DNA of 64,000 nt from an uncultured delta proteobacterium (GTDB lineage Bacteria > Desulfobacterota > Desulfobacteria > Desulfobacterales > Desulfosalsimonadaceae): assembly GCA_963826785.1 (NCBI GenBank), contig CAWGYD010000004.1:352001-416000 (forward strand), read 5' to 3'. Shown piece after piece: positions 27,240 to 39,726 of the stretch (the first letter of the stretch is position 1; each line of letters opens with the position of its first letter). The notes under the pieces were generated by a model that saw only the letters and a list, made by a program, of their open reading frames with translations, was not told the origin of the DNA and did no database searches. The position numbers were made by a program, and so were the translations under genes.

Positions 27240-28238
27240 TCAGGCGGGCTGATGCTTCCGGTGGATTTCTTCGAATTTAGAGATTTCATGCATGCTGCCG
27301 ATGGCAAACGGGATGCGCTGGTGCACTTTTTCCGGCTTGATCTCCATGACGCGCTCTTTTCCGGTGGTGGCATCGCCGCCCGCCTGACGGGCGATCATGG
27401 CCAGGGGGGCGCATTCGTATAAAAGCCTGAGTTTTCCGCCCGGCTTGCCGGTGTCCGCCGGATAAAAGTAGATGCCGCCCCGGTGAAGGATCTGGTGCAG
27501 GTCCGCCACCAGGGCGCCGGAGTATCGCAGGGAATACTTCCCATCTTCCCCGCTGGTCATTGCATCGGCGAAGCTTCTGGCGGGCTGCGCCCATTTGGCG
27601 TAATTTCCGAAATTCGCACTGATGTTTCCGCCCCGGTCCGGCATCCGGATGTTTTCGTGATCCAGCACGAATTCCCCGATTTCCTCGTCGAGCACGAAGC
27701 TGTGGACGCCCTCGCCGGCGGTATACACGAGCATGACGGAGGTCCCGTACATGATGTACCCGGCCGCGATCTGGCCGTTTCCGGCCCGCAGAATGGAATC
27801 CTCCAAAGAGGCGCCCAGGCCCCGGATGGAAAATATGGAGCCGATCACGCAGTCGACGTCCAGGTTGGACGAGCCGTCGATGGGATCCACCAGGACGACG
27901 TATTTTTCCCTGCGCTTGTCGTGGGAGATGGTGGTGGGCTGGTTGAGCTCTTCGGATACGATCGCACCGACAATGTCGACGTAGTCGAAGGCATCCATGA
28001 AAACCGTGTTGCCCAGCTGATCGAGGATCTTGACATCCTCCCCCTGGACATTGGTATCGCCGGTCAGCCCGCGCAGCCCGTCCAGGGCCGCGCGGCGCAT
28101 ATAGCTGGAAATGATCTTGGCCACCACGCCCACCTGCATGATCACCCGGGTCAACTCCCCGGTGGCCCCCGGATAGGCTTCCTGGCGACGTGCTAAAAAA
28201 CGGTCGAGGGTCATGTGTTTTTCATGTTTTTGCGACAT
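27240..28238 (-). CDS. fbp: Fructose-1,6-bisphosphatase class 1
   Basis: NVQGE, SEE, DPIDGSSN, RYSGALVAD, GKLRLLYE. Confidence 0.95.
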   Translation of the reverse strand: MSQKHEKHMTLDRFLARRQEAYPGATGELTRVIMQVGVVAKIISSYMRRAALDGLRGLTGDTNVQGEDVKILDQLGNTVFMDAFDYVDIVGAIVSEELNQPTTISHDKRREKYVVLVDPIDGSSNLDVDCVIGSIFSIRGLGASLEDSILRAGNGQIAAGYIMYGTSVMLVYTAGEGVHSFVLDEEIGEFVLDHENIRMPDRGGNISANFGNYAKWAQPARSFADAMTSGEDGKYSLRYSGALVADLHQILHRGGIYFYPADTGKPGGKLRLLYECAPLAMIARQAGGDATTGKERVMEIKPEKVHQRIPFAIGSMHEISKFEEIHRKHQPA

Positions 28239-28606
28239 TTTTCATCCTTTTTTGGTTTTCGGATCCACCCGGAAACGGCAGACAGGACGCCTTACAACAT
28301 TTTTAAACCGATAACGCTGCCCTTCCAATGGGGTCTGGAATCCATTTTTTCCATTTGGTGAGTGCAATTTTCGCATATATGCGGTGCATCCATCCGCGCA
28401 GACAAGCAGTCTGAGGATGCCGGGCCCATCCTGGAAGTTGCTTCGGCCGACGGCGTTCGGGCAATTAAGATTGTTTGAAGATGATAATATACACCTTTAT
28501 TGCATGCCGGATACATGGAAGACCTGATTTAAAAATTTTACTATTTTTTTTATGGATTACGGATTAACACGATGCATTCATGAAATGTTTTTGATCAATT
28601 TGCAAT

Positions 28607-28660
28607 GGATTCGGGCGCAGTGGATTCGGGGCGACGGATTCGAGGCGACGGATTCGAATA
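28607..28660 (+). repeat. Short tandem repeat (four GGATTCG-initiated units, 14-15 bp period)
   Basis: GGATTCG at 28607, 28622, 28636 and 28650, upstream of gnd. Confidence 0.6.
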
Positions 28661-28716
28661 TCTACGCAAAAACCCGATTACATCGTGCATTCTACTTCAA
28701 TTCTGAGGAGGAAATC

Positions 28717-30150
28717 ATGGCACCACAGCAGGAGTCCGGCGCCTCATGCGATATCGGCGTCATCGGCCTGGGCGTCATGGGGCGCAATTTTTCGGCGAAT
28801 ATGGCGGATCACGATTTTGCGGTGCTGGGGTATGACCGGGACGATGAAAAACTCCAGGCGCTTCAAAACGAAAAAAAGGACCGGCACAGGATATATATCG
28901 CCCGGGAGATCCGGGATTTTGTGGAGCGCCTCCGCCGCCCCCGCGCCGTGCTGATGCTGGTGCCGGCCGGGAAACCCGTTGATTCGGTCATTGACGAACT
29001 CACGCCCCTGCTGGACGCCGGCGACCTGATCATCGACAGCGGCAATTCGCGATTCACCGACACGGACCGGCGCAGCCGCGCCTTGAGCGAATCGGGCCTG
29101 CAATTCATGGGGATGGGGATGTCCGGCGGGGAGAGCGGCGCCCGCCACGGGCCCAGCCTGATGCCCGGCGGCCCGGCGGATGCGTATGAGCGGGTCCGGC
29201 CGATCCTGGAAGCGGCGGCCGCCCGCGTGAACGGGGATCCCTGCGTGGCCCACCTGGGTCCGGGTTCGGCCGGCCACTATGTCAAGATGGTGCACAACGG
29301 CATCGAATACGGGATCATGCAGCTGCTTTCAGAAACCTACGACCTGATGAAGCGGGGTCTGGGCATGGCCCCGGAAGCGATCCACGGCGTTTATGACCGC
29401 TGGAACCAGGGGGAACTCAACAGCTACCTGGTGGAAATCACCGCCGGCATTTTTCGCCAGAAAGACGACCGGACCGGAAAATTCCTCATCGACCTGATCA
29501 TGGACCAGGCCAAGCAGAAGGGGACCGGCGAATGGACCGCCTGGGATGCCCTGGACCTGCAGTCGCCCACCTTCAACATCGAAATCGCCGTCATGATGCG
29601 CGACATTTCCGCCTACAAAAAAGAGCGGCAACAGGCCGGCGAGCAGCTGGCCGGTCCCGGGCACCGGATAGCGGCAGAGCGCGAAAAGTTTATCGGGCAG
29701 CTCAAAAACGCCCTCTATGCGGCCGTGATCATCACCTATGCCCAGGGAATGGCGCTGCTGCGCCGGGCTTCTGAGGCCTACGGCTACGGCCTGGACCTTG
29801 CGACCGTGGCCCGCATCTGGCGGGGGGGGTGCATCATCCGTTCGGCCCTGCTGGAGGACATCCGCTCGGCGTACAAATCAAACCCGGATCTTAAAAACCT
29901 GCTGCTTGATGGCCCGATGGGGAAGAAGGCGGCCGGCTGCCAGGACGACCTGCGCCGGATCGTTGCCGCCGGCGTGGCTTCCGGCCTTCCCGTGCCCGGC
30001 CTGATGATGGCGCTTTCCTATTTCGACGCCTACCGCAGCGCCTGGCTCCCGGCCAACCTGATCATGGCCCAGCGGGACTACTTCGGCTCCCACACCTATG
30101 AGCGGGTGGACACGGAAGGGGTATTTCATACCCAATGGAGGCAATCATGA
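28717..30150 (+). CDS. gnd: 6-phosphogluconate dehydrogenase, decarboxylating
   Basis: [52 protein letters not shown] before ATG 28717. Confidence 0.96.
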   Translation: MAPQQESGASCDIGVIGLGVMGRNFSANMADHDFAVLGYDRDDEKLQALQNEKKDRHRIYIAREIRDFVERLRRPRAVLMLVPAGKPVDSVIDELTPLLDAGDLIIDSGNSRFTDTDRRSRALSESGLQFMGMGMSGGESGARHGPSLMPGGPADAYERVRPILEAAAARVNGDPCVAHLGPGSAGHYVKMVHNGIEYGIMQLLSETYDLMKRGLGMAPEAIHGVYDRWNQGELNSYLVEITAGIFRQKDDRTGKFLIDLIMDQAKQKGTGEWTAWDALDLQSPTFNIEIAVMMRDISAYKKERQQAGEQLAGPGHRIAAEREKFIGQLKNALYAAVIITYAQGMALLRRASEAYGYGLDLATVARIWRGGCIIRSALLEDIRSAYKSNPDLKNLLLDGPMGKKAAGCQDDLRRIVAAGVASGLPVPGLMMALSYFDAYRSAWLPANLIMAQRDYFGSHTYERVDTEGVFHTQWRQS

Positions 30151-31703
30151 AAACCAGCCACACCCCCGAACCGACCATTTTCGTGATCCTCGGCGCTTCC
30201 GGGGACCTGACCTGGCGCAAACTGATGCCCGCGCTCTACAACCTCTACCTGGACGGGTGGATGCCCGAAAAATACGAGGTACTGGGCTACGGGTACGGAG
30301 ATATGTCCGACCAGGCCTTCCGGGACCATTTGCGCGGAGGCGTGGATCAGTTCTCGCGCCGGGGAAAAACCGAAGACGACCCCTGGCAGAAGTTTGCCGA
30401 AAATCTCCATTTCAGCGAGGCGGACTTGAGTGATGCCAAAGCCTACAAGGTCATGGCCAAGACGCTGGACGGACGGGACAAAAAGTGGGACACCCGGGCC
30501 AATCGCATCTTCTACCTGGCCATGCCGCCCAAGATGATCGAACCGGCGGCCCGGAACCTGGCGGAGGCGAAACTGAACCGGGAAAAGAAACGGGCGCGCA
30601 TCGTGGTGGAAAAGCCCTTCGGCCGGGACCTGGATTCCGCCCGGCAGTTAAACCGCATCCTCGGCCAGCTGTTTGATGAATCCCAGATCTTTCGCATCGA
30701 CCATTACCTGGGCAAGGAGACCGTGCAGAACATCCTGGCCTTCCGGTTCGGAAACGCCCTGTTCGAACCCCTGTGGAACCGGCAGTTCATCGACCATGTC
30801 CAGATTACCGTGGCGGAGCAGTCGGGGATCGGCCACCGCGGCGCCTACTACGACCATGCCGGGGCGCTGCGGGACATGATCCAGAATCACCTGCTGCAGA
30901 TTTTGTGCCTTATCGCCATGGAGGCCCCGGTGACCTTTGATGACAATGAAATCCGCAACAAGAAGGTGGACGTCCTTCATGCCATCCGACCGATTTCCCA
31001 GGAGCAGGTGCACCGCTTCGCCGTGCGGGGCCAGTACGGATCCGGCTGGATCGAGGGCGAAAAGGTCCCCGGATACCGGCACGAGGAGGATGTGGACGAA
31101 AATTCCATCACCGAAACCTATGCGGCGGTCAAGTTCTACGTGGACAACTGGCGGTGGCAGGGGGTGCCGTTCTATCTGCGCACGGGCAAGCGGCTTCCCG
31201 CCCGGATCTCGGAAGTCTCCATCCAGTTCCATCCGGTCCCCCACCAGGCGTTTCCCGCGGCCGCGCTCCAGGACTGGCGCCCCAACCGTCTGCTGATTTC
31301 CATTCAGCCGAACGAAGGGATCCTGCTGAGGTTCGAAGTGAAGCATCCCGGCCCCACCATGCACCTTTCCCCGGTCATGATGCAGTTTTTCTACTCGGAA
31401 GCCTTCAATATCGTGCCGCCCGAAGCCTATGAGACCCTGCTGCTGGATCTCATGCGGGGGGATGCCACCCTGTTTCTGCGAGCCGACCAGTCCGAGGCGG
31501 CCTGGGAGGTGATCAGCCCGATTCTCAATGTCTGGAGCACGGTGAAATCGACCGACTTCCCCAACTACCCGGCCGGTTCCTGGGGCCCGGAAGAGGCGGA
31601 AATCCTGATTGCCCAGGAGGGGATCAGCTGGATCACCCCCACTTCCCTGCAGTGCCAGGAGGACATGGCCACCTGCCGGGTGACGATGGAACCCCGGTCA
31701 TGA
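30147..31703 (+). CDS. zwf: Glucose-6-phosphate 1-dehydrogenase
   Basis: [32 protein letters not shown]. Confidence 0.97.
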   Translation: MKTSHTPEPTIFVILGASGDLTWRKLMPALYNLYLDGWMPEKYEVLGYGYGDMSDQAFRDHLRGGVDQFSRRGKTEDDPWQKFAENLHFSEADLSDAKAYKVMAKTLDGRDKKWDTRANRIFYLAMPPKMIEPAARNLAEAKLNREKKRARIVVEKPFGRDLDSARQLNRILGQLFDESQIFRIDHYLGKETVQNILAFRFGNALFEPLWNRQFIDHVQITVAEQSGIGHRGAYYDHAGALRDMIQNHLLQILCLIAMEAPVTFDDNEIRNKKVDVLHAIRPISQEQVHRFAVRGQYGSGWIEGEKVPGYRHEEDVDENSITETYAAVKFYVDNWRWQGVPFYLRTGKRLPARISEVSIQFHPVPHQAFPAAALQDWRPNRLLISIQPNEGILLRFEVKHPGPTMHLSPVMMQFFYSEAFNIVPPEAYETLLLDLMRGDATLFLRADQSEAAWEVISPILNVWSTVKSTDFPNYPAGSWGPEEAEILIAQEGISWITPTSLQCQEDMATCRVTMEPRS

Positions 31704-32428
31704 TCCGGGTCTTTGCCGATACCGCCTCTTTGGATGCGGCAGCAGCGGCCCTGTTTGTGAAACAGGCCGAATCGGCCATCGAAGCGCACGGCCGTTTCAG
31801 TGTGGCCCTGGCCGGGGGAGGGACGCCCGGGGGCATGTACCGGCGCCTGGCACAACCGCCGCTCTCCACGACGGTGGACTGGGGTCGGGTGCACCTCTTC
31901 TGGGGGGATGAACGGTGCGTGGGGCCTGACGATCCCCGCAGCAACGCCCGCATGGCCCGGGAAGCGCTCCTGGACCACGTGCCGATCCCAAAGGATCAGG
32001 TGCACCCCATTTCATGCCATCATGATCCCGCCGGCGCGGCCCGGGACTATGATGCCCTGCTGCGGGATTTTTTTGCCCCGGAAGGCCCCACTTTTGACCT
32101 GGTTCTGCTGGGTCTTGGTGAAAACGGGCATACCGCATCCCTGTTTCCCCACACCGAAGCGCTGGATGCACAGGCGCACTGGGCCGCCCGTGTCCGGGTG
32201 GCGGGGCAGGACTATGAGCGGGTGACCCTGACCGCCCCCGTGATCAACCGGGCGCAGCGGGTGGTCTTTCTGGTCTCCGGCGCCCAGAAAGCCGCTGTTT
32301 TAAAAGAAGTCCTCACCGGCCCGCCGGATCCCCTGCGTCTGCCGGCCCAACTGATCCGGCCCGGGGAGGAAAATCTCATCTGGCTGGCGGACCGGGCGGC
32401 CGCCGCCAGGCTGGAGAAAACATCATGA
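31700..32428 (+). CDS. pgl: 6-phosphogluconolactonase
   Basis: [36 protein letters not shown] overlap with zwf. Confidence 0.94.
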   Translation: MIRVFADTASLDAAAAALFVKQAESAIEAHGRFSVALAGGGTPGGMYRRLAQPPLSTTVDWGRVHLFWGDERCVGPDDPRSNARMAREALLDHVPIPKDQVHPISCHHDPAGAARDYDALLRDFFAPEGPTFDLVLLGLGENGHTASLFPHTEALDAQAHWAARVRVAGQDYERVTLTAPVINRAQRVVFLVSGAQKAAVLKEVLTGPPDPLRLPAQLIRPGEENLIWLADRAAAARLEKTS

Positions 32429-33091
32429 AAAGACTTTCCGTATCGATTCTTCCTTGTGATTTCGGTCACCTGGCCAGTCAGATCAAGGCGGTGGAGGAGG
32501 CGGGGGCCGACTGGGATCCATGTGGATGTCATGGACGGCCATTTCGTCCCCAACCTGACCATGGGCCCGCCCATCGTCAAAGCCATCCGCAAAGCCGCCA
32601 CCGTTCCCCTGGATGTGCACCTGATGATCGAGAACCCGGATGAATACCTCGAGGCGTATGCAAAGGCCGGGGCCGACCGGATCGGGGTCCAGGTGGAGGC
32701 CTGCCGGCACCTGAACCGCACGGTCCAGCGCATCCACGAACTGGGGAAAAAGGCAACGGTGACCTTAAATCCCGCCACCCCCCTCACCGTCCTCGACTAT
32801 GTCCTCTCCGATGTGGACATGGTGCTGTTGATGTCGGTCAACCCGGGATTTTCCGGCCAGGAATTCATCTCCTCCGTCCTGCCCAAGATCAGGGACCTCC
32901 GGCAGCGGATCGACCGCCTTGATCTGCCGGTGCTGCTGGAAGTGGACGGCGGCATTCACCCCGGCATCGCCCAGGCGGTGGCGGCTGCGGGCGCCGACGT
33001 CCTGGTGACCGGCTCTGCGGTGTTCAATGAAAAGGACATCGGCGGCAACATTTCTGAATTGAAGCGCGAAATAAAGAAAGGAAGCAGGTGA
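32425..33091 (+). CDS. rpe: Ribulose-phosphate 3-epimerase (frameshift at 32513-32515)
   Basis: SIL..DF in the first frame; IHVDVMDGHFVPN, MSVNPGF and EVDGG in the second. Deleting one G of GGG restores ADWIHVDVMD. Confidence 0.9.
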
Positions 33092-34057
33092 TGGCCGGAG
33101 CCGGATATGCCATCGGCGTCGATCTGGGCGGCACCAAGATCGAATATGCGCTGGTGGATGAAAAGGGTCGGATCGAGGCGCAGATGCGGCACCCCACCGA
33201 TGTCAAAGGGGGGACGGCGGCAGTGGAAAAGCAGATCGCCCAAGGGGTCCGGGAACTTCAAAGCCGGGCGGATTCACCTGTGGCGGGCATCGGGATCGGC
33301 GTGGCCGGGCAGATCGAAAAAGATTCCGGCATTGTCCACATGGCGCCCAACCTGGACTGGCATGATGAACCCCTCAAGGAAAATCTCGATCAAATGCTCG
33401 ACCTTCCGGTCACGGTGACCAATGATGTGCGCGCCGCGGCCTGGGGGGAGTGGCTGCACGGCGCCGGCAGGGGGTGTGAGGACCTGTTGTGCGTGTTCGT
33501 GGGCACCGGGGTGGGAGGGGCGGTCGTGTCGGGCGGCCGGATGCTGACCGGCAGTTCCAACACATTCGGTGAAATCGGCCATATCCCGGTCGATCTGCAC
33601 GGCCCCGTCTGCCACTGCGGCAACCGGGGATGTCTGGAGACCCTGGCCGGGGGGAGGTCCATCGCCGATCGGGCCAGGAAGATCGCCGCGGCGCGTTCCC
33701 GCTCCGGGGCCCGGCTTCTGGCGCTGGCGGACGGCGACCCCTGAAAACATCACCGCTGAGACCGTGATCGATGCGTTCCGCAAAGGCGACCCGCTGGCCC
33801 GGTCCCTGGTGGAAGAAGCCGCTCACGCCCTGATCGTCGGGATCTCCGGGATGGTGAACCTGGTCAATCCCGCCCGTATTATTTTCGGGGGCGGCATCAC
33901 CGAAGGCCTGCCGGAGGTGGCGGAATGGGTGGATGAGGGGATCCGCCACCGCGCACTGGCTTCCGCGACGCGTCATCTCGACGTGGCCGCCGCTGAACTG
34001 GGGAACCGGGCCGGTGTCGTGGGGGCCGCGGCACTGGCTCTGCGTTCCTTTGCATGA
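33088..34057 (+). CDS. glk: ROK-family glucokinase (frameshift at 33738-33741)
   Basis: DLGGT, NDVRAAAWGE, GTGVGG, EIGH, CHCGNRGCLE. Deleting one C joins it to ...PENITAETV...NP...GGG...AGVVGAA. Confidence 0.88.
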
Positions 34058-34060
34058 TCA

Positions 34061-36603
34061 TCACCGCTGCCACAGGATCTGAGGCGCCTCCAGGGGGAGC
34101 CTGACATCGCTGTGTTGGGCAATGGCGCGCACCGTATAATCGTCTGCCGGGCGGACCGCCCTTATGCCGGCGCGGTACAAAAACCCCCCGGTGCTTTCCG
34201 GCAGCGGCCGGATGCGGTCCATGGCCTTGCGCACCGGGGCGTCCCCTTCGGCGTATAGTTCGACCTGGACCATGTCCGGATCGAGCTCACCGAAAAAGAC
34301 TTCCACCTCGAACCGGTGGTTTCCGGCCTCTGTTATTGCGCGTACATCCCCGAAGGAAAGCCCCTCCCATCCTTTCTCCAGGGTTTGCCGCCATGCGTCG
34401 ATCTGTTTGCCCCTGGCGCCGCGGTCCGCTGCACGGTCCCGAAACGCCAATGCTGCGGGCAGATAATGGGTTTCGGTATATTCGCGCACCGCCCGGCCGG
34501 CGCTGTATTGAAGGGTCAGGCCCGTCATGCTCGCCCGCATGCGCGCCACCCAGGGGCCGGGCAAACCGCTCGGGTCCCGGTCGTAGAACGCCGGGATCAC
34601 CTCGCGCTCGAGCAGGTCATAGAGGGTGTGGGCCTCGGCGGCATCATGGGCCGGATCATCCCCGTGCTCCAGTCCGTCCCCAGGGCCCACCCCACTTCCG
34701 GCGTATAGGCTTCGGCCCACCATCCGTCGCGTTCCGACAGGTTAAGCCCGCCGTTGACCAGGACCTTCATGCCGCTGGTGCCGCAGGCCTCCCAGGGACG
34801 CCGGGGGGTGTTCAGCCAGACATCCACGCCCTGCACCAGGTGCTCGGTGAGCAGCATGTCATAGTCGCTCAAAAAGACGGCGTGGGGCCGGATCTCGGGC
34901 TGGCGGATAAACCGGATCCATTCCCGGATAATGGCCTGCCCGGCCCAATCCGCCGGATGGGCCTTGCCGGCGATGATCAGCTGCACCGGCTGCTTTGAAT
35001 TGGTCAGCAGGCGCTTCAGCCGTTCGGGATCGTGCAGGAGCAGGTCCGGGCGCTTATAGGTGGCAAATCGGCGGGCGAACCCCAGGGTGAGCGTATCTAT
35101 GTCCAGCAGGTGCCGGGCGCCCTGCACCTCCTCCGGAGTTGCGCCGGACGCGGCCAGGGTCCGGGACAGGTGCTGCCGGGCGAATACGATGATCTGCTTC
35201 CGGGCGGCATTGCGCAGCTGCCAGAAGCGTTCATCTGAAATTTTGCGCACCGGGTGTTTGATTTTTTCGGTCTGCTCCGGCCAGACTGCCTCCCCGTGGG
35301 CTTCGATCCAGAGTTTATCGGCCAGTTCCGAAGCCCAGCTGGGGGTGTGGACCCCATTGGTCACATGCCCGATGGGGACTTCCCCTTCCGGCCAGCGGGG
35401 AAACAGGGGGGCGAAAATGCGGCGGCTCACCCGGCCATGGAGTTCGCTCACCCCGTTGACCGCCCCGCTGCCCCGGACCGCCAGCCAGGCCATGTTGAAG
35501 GGCTCTGACGGGTCGTCGGGATTCTGGCGGCCCAGCCCGAGCAGCCGGGCAGGGGAGATGCCGAGCTGGTTTCCGGCGTAAGCGCCGAGATATTGTTCCA
35601 CAAGGTCCGGGGCAAATCGGTCGAATCCGGCGGGGACCGCCGTGTGCGTGGTAAAGAGGTTGCCCGCCCGGGTGACCGCCAGGGCCGTGTCGAAGGATGC
35701 CCCTGTTTCCTGCATGAAGTCACGGGCACGCTCCAGCACGGCAAAGGCGGCATGCCCCTCGTTCAGGTGGCATACTTCCGGCTTCAGGCCAAGGGCGCGC
35801 AGCAGACGCCATCCCCCGATACCCAGGGCCAGCTCCTGCTTGATGCGCAGTTCCTGGCCGCCGCCATACAACTCGCTGGTGATCCCCCGGTGGGCGGGAA
35901 AATTGGCCGCGTCATTGCTGTCGAGCAGATAGAGCGTTATCCTGCCCACCTGCACCTGCCAGGCGCGCAGCCACACCGCGTATCCCGGCAGGTCGATTTC
36001 GAGCCGCAGCCACTCGCCATCCGCATCGCGCACCGGAGTAATCGGCAGCTGGCCGGGATCATTGTATGGAAAAAGCGCCTGCTGGCCGCCGTCCTTATCG
36101 ATCACCTGGCGAAAATACCCCTGCTGGTAAAGCAGCCCCACCCCCACCACCGGCACCCCCAGATCACTGGCGGCCTTGAGTTGATCCCCCGCCACATTGC
36201 CGAGGCCTCCCGAGTAGATGGGAAGGGCCTCACTCAGCATGAATTCCATGCTGAAGTAGGCCACCGCCGTCAGATTCGGGTCAGGATGATGCCTCTGGAA
36301 CCAGCAGGGAGAGTTTGCCGCTTCCCGCTTGGACTGCACGAGCCGGTCGACTTCACGGCGGAAGGCGTCATCCGACAACAGGATTTGCAAACGCCTGCGG
36401 GAAATGGTCTGGAGCAGCCCCCACGGATTGTGGGTCAGCGCCCACAGGTCAGGATCCAGCTGCCGCCATATGTCATCCGCATAATGATTCCATGACCATC
36501 GCATGTCCAGGGCAAGCTCGGCCAGTTGCTGAAATCCCTCTATTTCTGCCGGGAGCAGCGTGAAAGGGGGGCTGCTCGCCTGTTGGGCATCGTCCATGTT
36601 CAC
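34061..36603 (-). CDS. glgP: Alpha-glucan (glycogen) phosphorylase (frameshift at 34678-34681)
   Basis: YFSMEF, YSGGLG, HLNEGH, FTTHT, ARRFATYKR, EACGTSGMK, DGWW. Adding one G restores GWALGDG and the C-terminal 34061 frame. Confidence 0.92.
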
Positions 36604-36715
36604 GTCCTGTATTCACCAGTGCCCCAACGATAAACCGTTTTCGGCATGCAATATTGATTCTGATTGATGCACCCGCATACGCAAGTGGAGAGAAACCGGC
36701 GCGACTGCCGTTGAT

Positions 36716-38152
36716 TTAACCGAACGCCCTGCTGAAAATTTCGATCAGGGGCAGCGGATAGATGCCCAGCCAGACCAGCATTATCGTCAGCAGGGCCATG
36801 GCGATTCCGCCGACCGCCGACAGGGCGGGGACTGGCGCAGGCGCGGGTTCGGGGAGCCGATCGGCAAAAAGGGCGGCCACCACCCGGAGGTAGTAAAAAA
36901 GTCCGATGGTGCTTCCCACCACCAGTATGACCACCAGCGCCCAGCGGGCGGATCCCACGCCGGCGGCCAGGATGTAGACCTTGGCCAGAAACCCGGCGGT
37001 CAGCGGAATGCCGGCCAGTGAAAAGAGCATGGCGGCAAAGATTCCGGCAAGGAAAGGGTGCGTCCTGAACAGTCCCCGGAAGTCGGCGATATCCTCGGTC
37101 TCGTTGTCGGGTCCGGAAAGCAGGGAAATCACCCCGAATGCGCCCAGGATCGTGACAAAATAGGCCACGAGGTAAAACGCCACCGCGGTTTTGGCCAGGT
37201 CCCCGCCGGAAAGGAAGGCCACCATCAGGTATCCCAGGTGGGCGATGGAAGAATAGGCCAGGATGCGCTTGACGTTGTCCTGCAGGAGCGCCAGAAGATT
37301 TCCGGCAATCATGGAGGCCGCGGCGATGAGTGCGAATATCAAAAAGAGCACGGAGCCGGGGTGGATATCCATGGGAAAGAACAGGCGGACCAGCAGCGCC
37401 ACGATGCCGCCTTTGGACACCGATGCCACAAACCCGGCCACGGGCGCCGGCGCCCCCTGGTACACATCGGCGGCCCACCAGTGGAAGGGGACCAGGGCCA
37501 GCTTGAAGGCGATTCCCACCACCAGCAGCGCCGCCCCGGCCATCAGCATGATACCTTCGGCCCCGGCCGGCAGGCGAAGCATCGATTCAGCGATATCGGA
37601 AAATGCCATGTGCCCGGTTCCCGCATAGAGGAGCGCCATGCCGAACAGGAGAAAGGCGGAGGAGGCGGCGGCCAGGACCAGGTATTTCAAGCCGGCCTCG
37701 ATGTGGCGGGTGATCCGCCGGGGATAGGCGATCAGGGCATACAGCGACACGGAAAGAATTTCAAATCCGAGGAAAAAAGAGGCGAAATGGGTGCTCGATG
37801 CCAGTATGCAGGCGCCTAGAGCGGCCAGCAGCAGAAGGATGTAAAATTCCTCCCGGTTTTCCGTATACGACTGCAGGTAGGGGTAGGCGATCAGGACGGT
37901 GAAGGCGGTGCCTGAAAACAAGAGGGCCATGAAAACCGCTGCAAAGGGGTCGAACACGATCAGGGGGGTGACCTGCCGGGCCGGGTTTCCCGAAATCAGG
38001 TACAGGGCTGCCGCCGCCGCTGCCAGGCCGGCCAGGGTGATAATCGCCGTGGCCCCATGGCTGCGCTTAAGGCACAGCACGATCATGATCAATACGGGGG
38101 TGAGCCCCAGGATGATCAGGGGGGAAATGGCAGCCAGTTCCGCACCGTTCAT
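36716..38152 (-). CDS. nuoN: NADH-quinone oxidoreductase subunit N
   Basis: EAGLKY, FKLALVPFH-W..DVYQGAP, KRILAYSSIAH, SLAGIP..AGF. Confidence 0.95.
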   Translation of the reverse strand: MNGAELAAISPLIILGLTPVLIMIVLCLKRSHGATAIITLAGLAAAAAALYLISGNPARQVTPLIVFDPFAAVFMALLFSGTAFTVLIAYPYLQSYTENREEFYILLLLAALGACILASSTHFASFFLGFEILSVSLYALIAYPRRITRHIEAGLKYLVLAAASSAFLLFGMALLYAGTGHMAFSDIAESMLRLPAGAEGIMLMAGAALLVVGIAFKLALVPFHWWAADVYQGAPAPVAGFVASVSKGGIVALLVRLFFPMDIHPGSVLFLIFALIAAASMIAGNLLALLQDNVKRILAYSSIAHLGYLMVAFLSGGDLAKTAVAFYLVAYFVTILGAFGVISLLSGPDNETEDIADFRGLFRTHPFLAGIFAAMLFSLAGIPLTAGFLAKVYILAAGVGSARWALVVILVVGSTIGLFYYLRVVAALFADRLPEPAPAPVPALSAVGGIAMALLTIMLVWLGIYPLPLIEIFSRAFG

Positions 38153-39726
38153 GGCGCACCTCCCTGCATGTATTGCACCCGGACATCCTCTGCGCTGTTT
38201 TCCCGCTGTGGCGCCTTTACGTGGATGGCGCCCGGCGGCAGCCCGCCCTTCACCGACTTCTCGATGGAAGCCATGGCCGGGGCGGCGGTTTTAAACACCG
38301 GAGTAGGGTAGAGCCCCAGCCAGAAGATCGCCAGGGCCAGTGCTCCCATCACCGTCATTTCCCTTCCGGTCAGGTCGCTGGCGCCTTTCCATCTGCCGGT
38401 ATCCTGCCCATGAAGCACGCGCTGTACGATCCACACCGCGTAAATGGTGGCGGTGATAAACCCCACGGTGGCGGCCGCGGTCAGTCCGATGCTGGCGCGA
38501 TAGGCGCCGATCAGGACCAGAAATTCTCCCACGAAATTGCCCATCCCGGGAAGCCCCATGGAGGCCATGGAGAAAAGGAGCATGGCCGCTCCCATGCGGG
38601 GGGCCGCCCCCTTGAATCCGCCCATTTGCGAAAGATCGCGAGTATGGGTCCGTTCCTGGATGGACCCCACCAGGATAAACAGGGCGCCGGTGCTCACGCC
38701 GTGGGCCAGGATGGTCATCACCACCCCCTGGAGGGCCAGCCGGTTGAAGGCGAAGATCCCCAGGAGCACGAACCCCATATGGCTGACACTGGTGTAGGCC
38801 ACCAGCCGTTTGAGATCCTCTTGAGCAAAGGCCATTACTGCGCCGTAGAGGATGGAGATCACCCCCAGGGTCATCATGTAGGGGGCAAAGGCGACGGCCG
38901 CGGCCGGAAAAAGGGGCACGGCAAAGCGCATCAGGCCATAAGCCCCGGTTTTCAGCAGCAGCCCGGCCAGGATGACGCTGCCGGCGGTGGGCGCCTGGGT
39001 GTGGGCATCGGGTAGCCAGGTATGCAGCGGCACCACCGGGAGCTTGACGGCAAAGGCGGCAAAAAAGGCCAGCATCAGCCAGAATCCGGCCGCCGGGGAC
39101 AGATCGGTGCCCAGCAGCGCCGGGTAGTCGAAGGTGTAAACCCCCGTGGCCCTTCCATGAATGAAAAAAAGCGCCAGGATGGCCACCAGCATGAACAGCC
39201 CGCTGATCTGGGTGAACAGGAAAAATTTGACCGCCGCATATTGACGGTTCTCATGCCCCCAGACCGCAATGATAAAATACATGGGGACCAGCATCAGCTC
39301 CCAGAAGAAATAAAACAAAAACAGGTCCATGGCGGAAAACACCCCCAGGATGCCGGCCAGCACCCACATGAGGTTGAGATGGAAGAACCCGGTCTTTTCG
39401 GAGATCTCGGTCCAGGCCGATCCCAGGGCCATGATCCCCAGAAAACCGGTCAGAAAGATCAGCAGCAGGGAAAATCCGTCCACGGCCAGGTGAAAGCCGA
39501 TGCCCAAAGACGGCATCCAGGGCAGGTTCAGTTCGGCCAGCCAGGGGCCGCCGGCGGAAAGGCTCAGGGTGTTCCTGGCGCCGATTGCAATCATGGCGGC
39601 CAATGCCATCTGGGCCAGCAGGGCAGACAGGCAGATCCAGCGGGGCCAGCGGTCCGAAATGCGTCCTGCGGCGGCGGCGAGGACGCCGCCGCCGATCAGT
39701 ATGAGGATCATCCATAAAAGAATCAT
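38149..39726 (-). CDS. nuoM: NADH-quinone oxidoreductase subunit M
   Basis: FFWELMLVPMY, HTWLPDAH, LLKTG, KRLVAYTSVSHMG. Confidence 0.95.
   Translation of the reverse strand: MILLWMILILIGGGVLAAAAGRISDRWPRWICLSALLAQMALAAMIAIGARNTLSLSAGGPWLAELNLPWMPSLGIGFHLAVDGFSLLLIFLTGFLGIMALGSAWTEISEKTGFFHLNLMWVLAGILGVFSAMDLFLFYFFWELMLVPMYFIIAVWGHENRQYAAVKFFLFTQISGLFMLVAILALFFIHGRATGVYTFDYPALLGTDLSPAAGFWLMLAFFAAFAVKLPVVPLHTWLPDAHTQAPTAGSVILAGLLLKTGAYGLMRFAVPLFPAAAVAFAPYMMTLGVISILYGAVMAFAQEDLKRLVAYTSVSHMGFVLLGIFAFNRLALQGVVMTILAHGVSTGALFILVGSIQERTHTRDLSQMGGFKGAAPRMGAAMLLFSMASMGLPGMGNFVGEFLVLIGAYRASIGLTAAATVGFITATIYAVWIVQRVLHGQDTGRWKGASDLTGREMTVMGALALAIFWLGLYPTPVFKTAAPAMASIEKSVKGGLPPGAIHVKAPQRENSAEDVRVQYMQGGAP

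Noticed and set aside
28552..28716. N-terminal extensions in the ORF track (gnd; likewise hypC, kinase, methyltransferase, tkt, pgl, nuoH, nuoE, CBS)
   Set aside because: The extensions cover promoter or repeat DNA or overlap neighbouring genes; downstream ATGs match family starts and often have a clear RBS or stop-start overlap.
33742..33744. TGA after ...DGDP in glk, superficially like the DP-TGA of mvhA (possible selenocysteine)
   Set aside because: The ROK sequence continues in a different frame, no Cys is expected here, and a one-base deletion in CCCC repairs the gene. It is a frameshift, not recoding.
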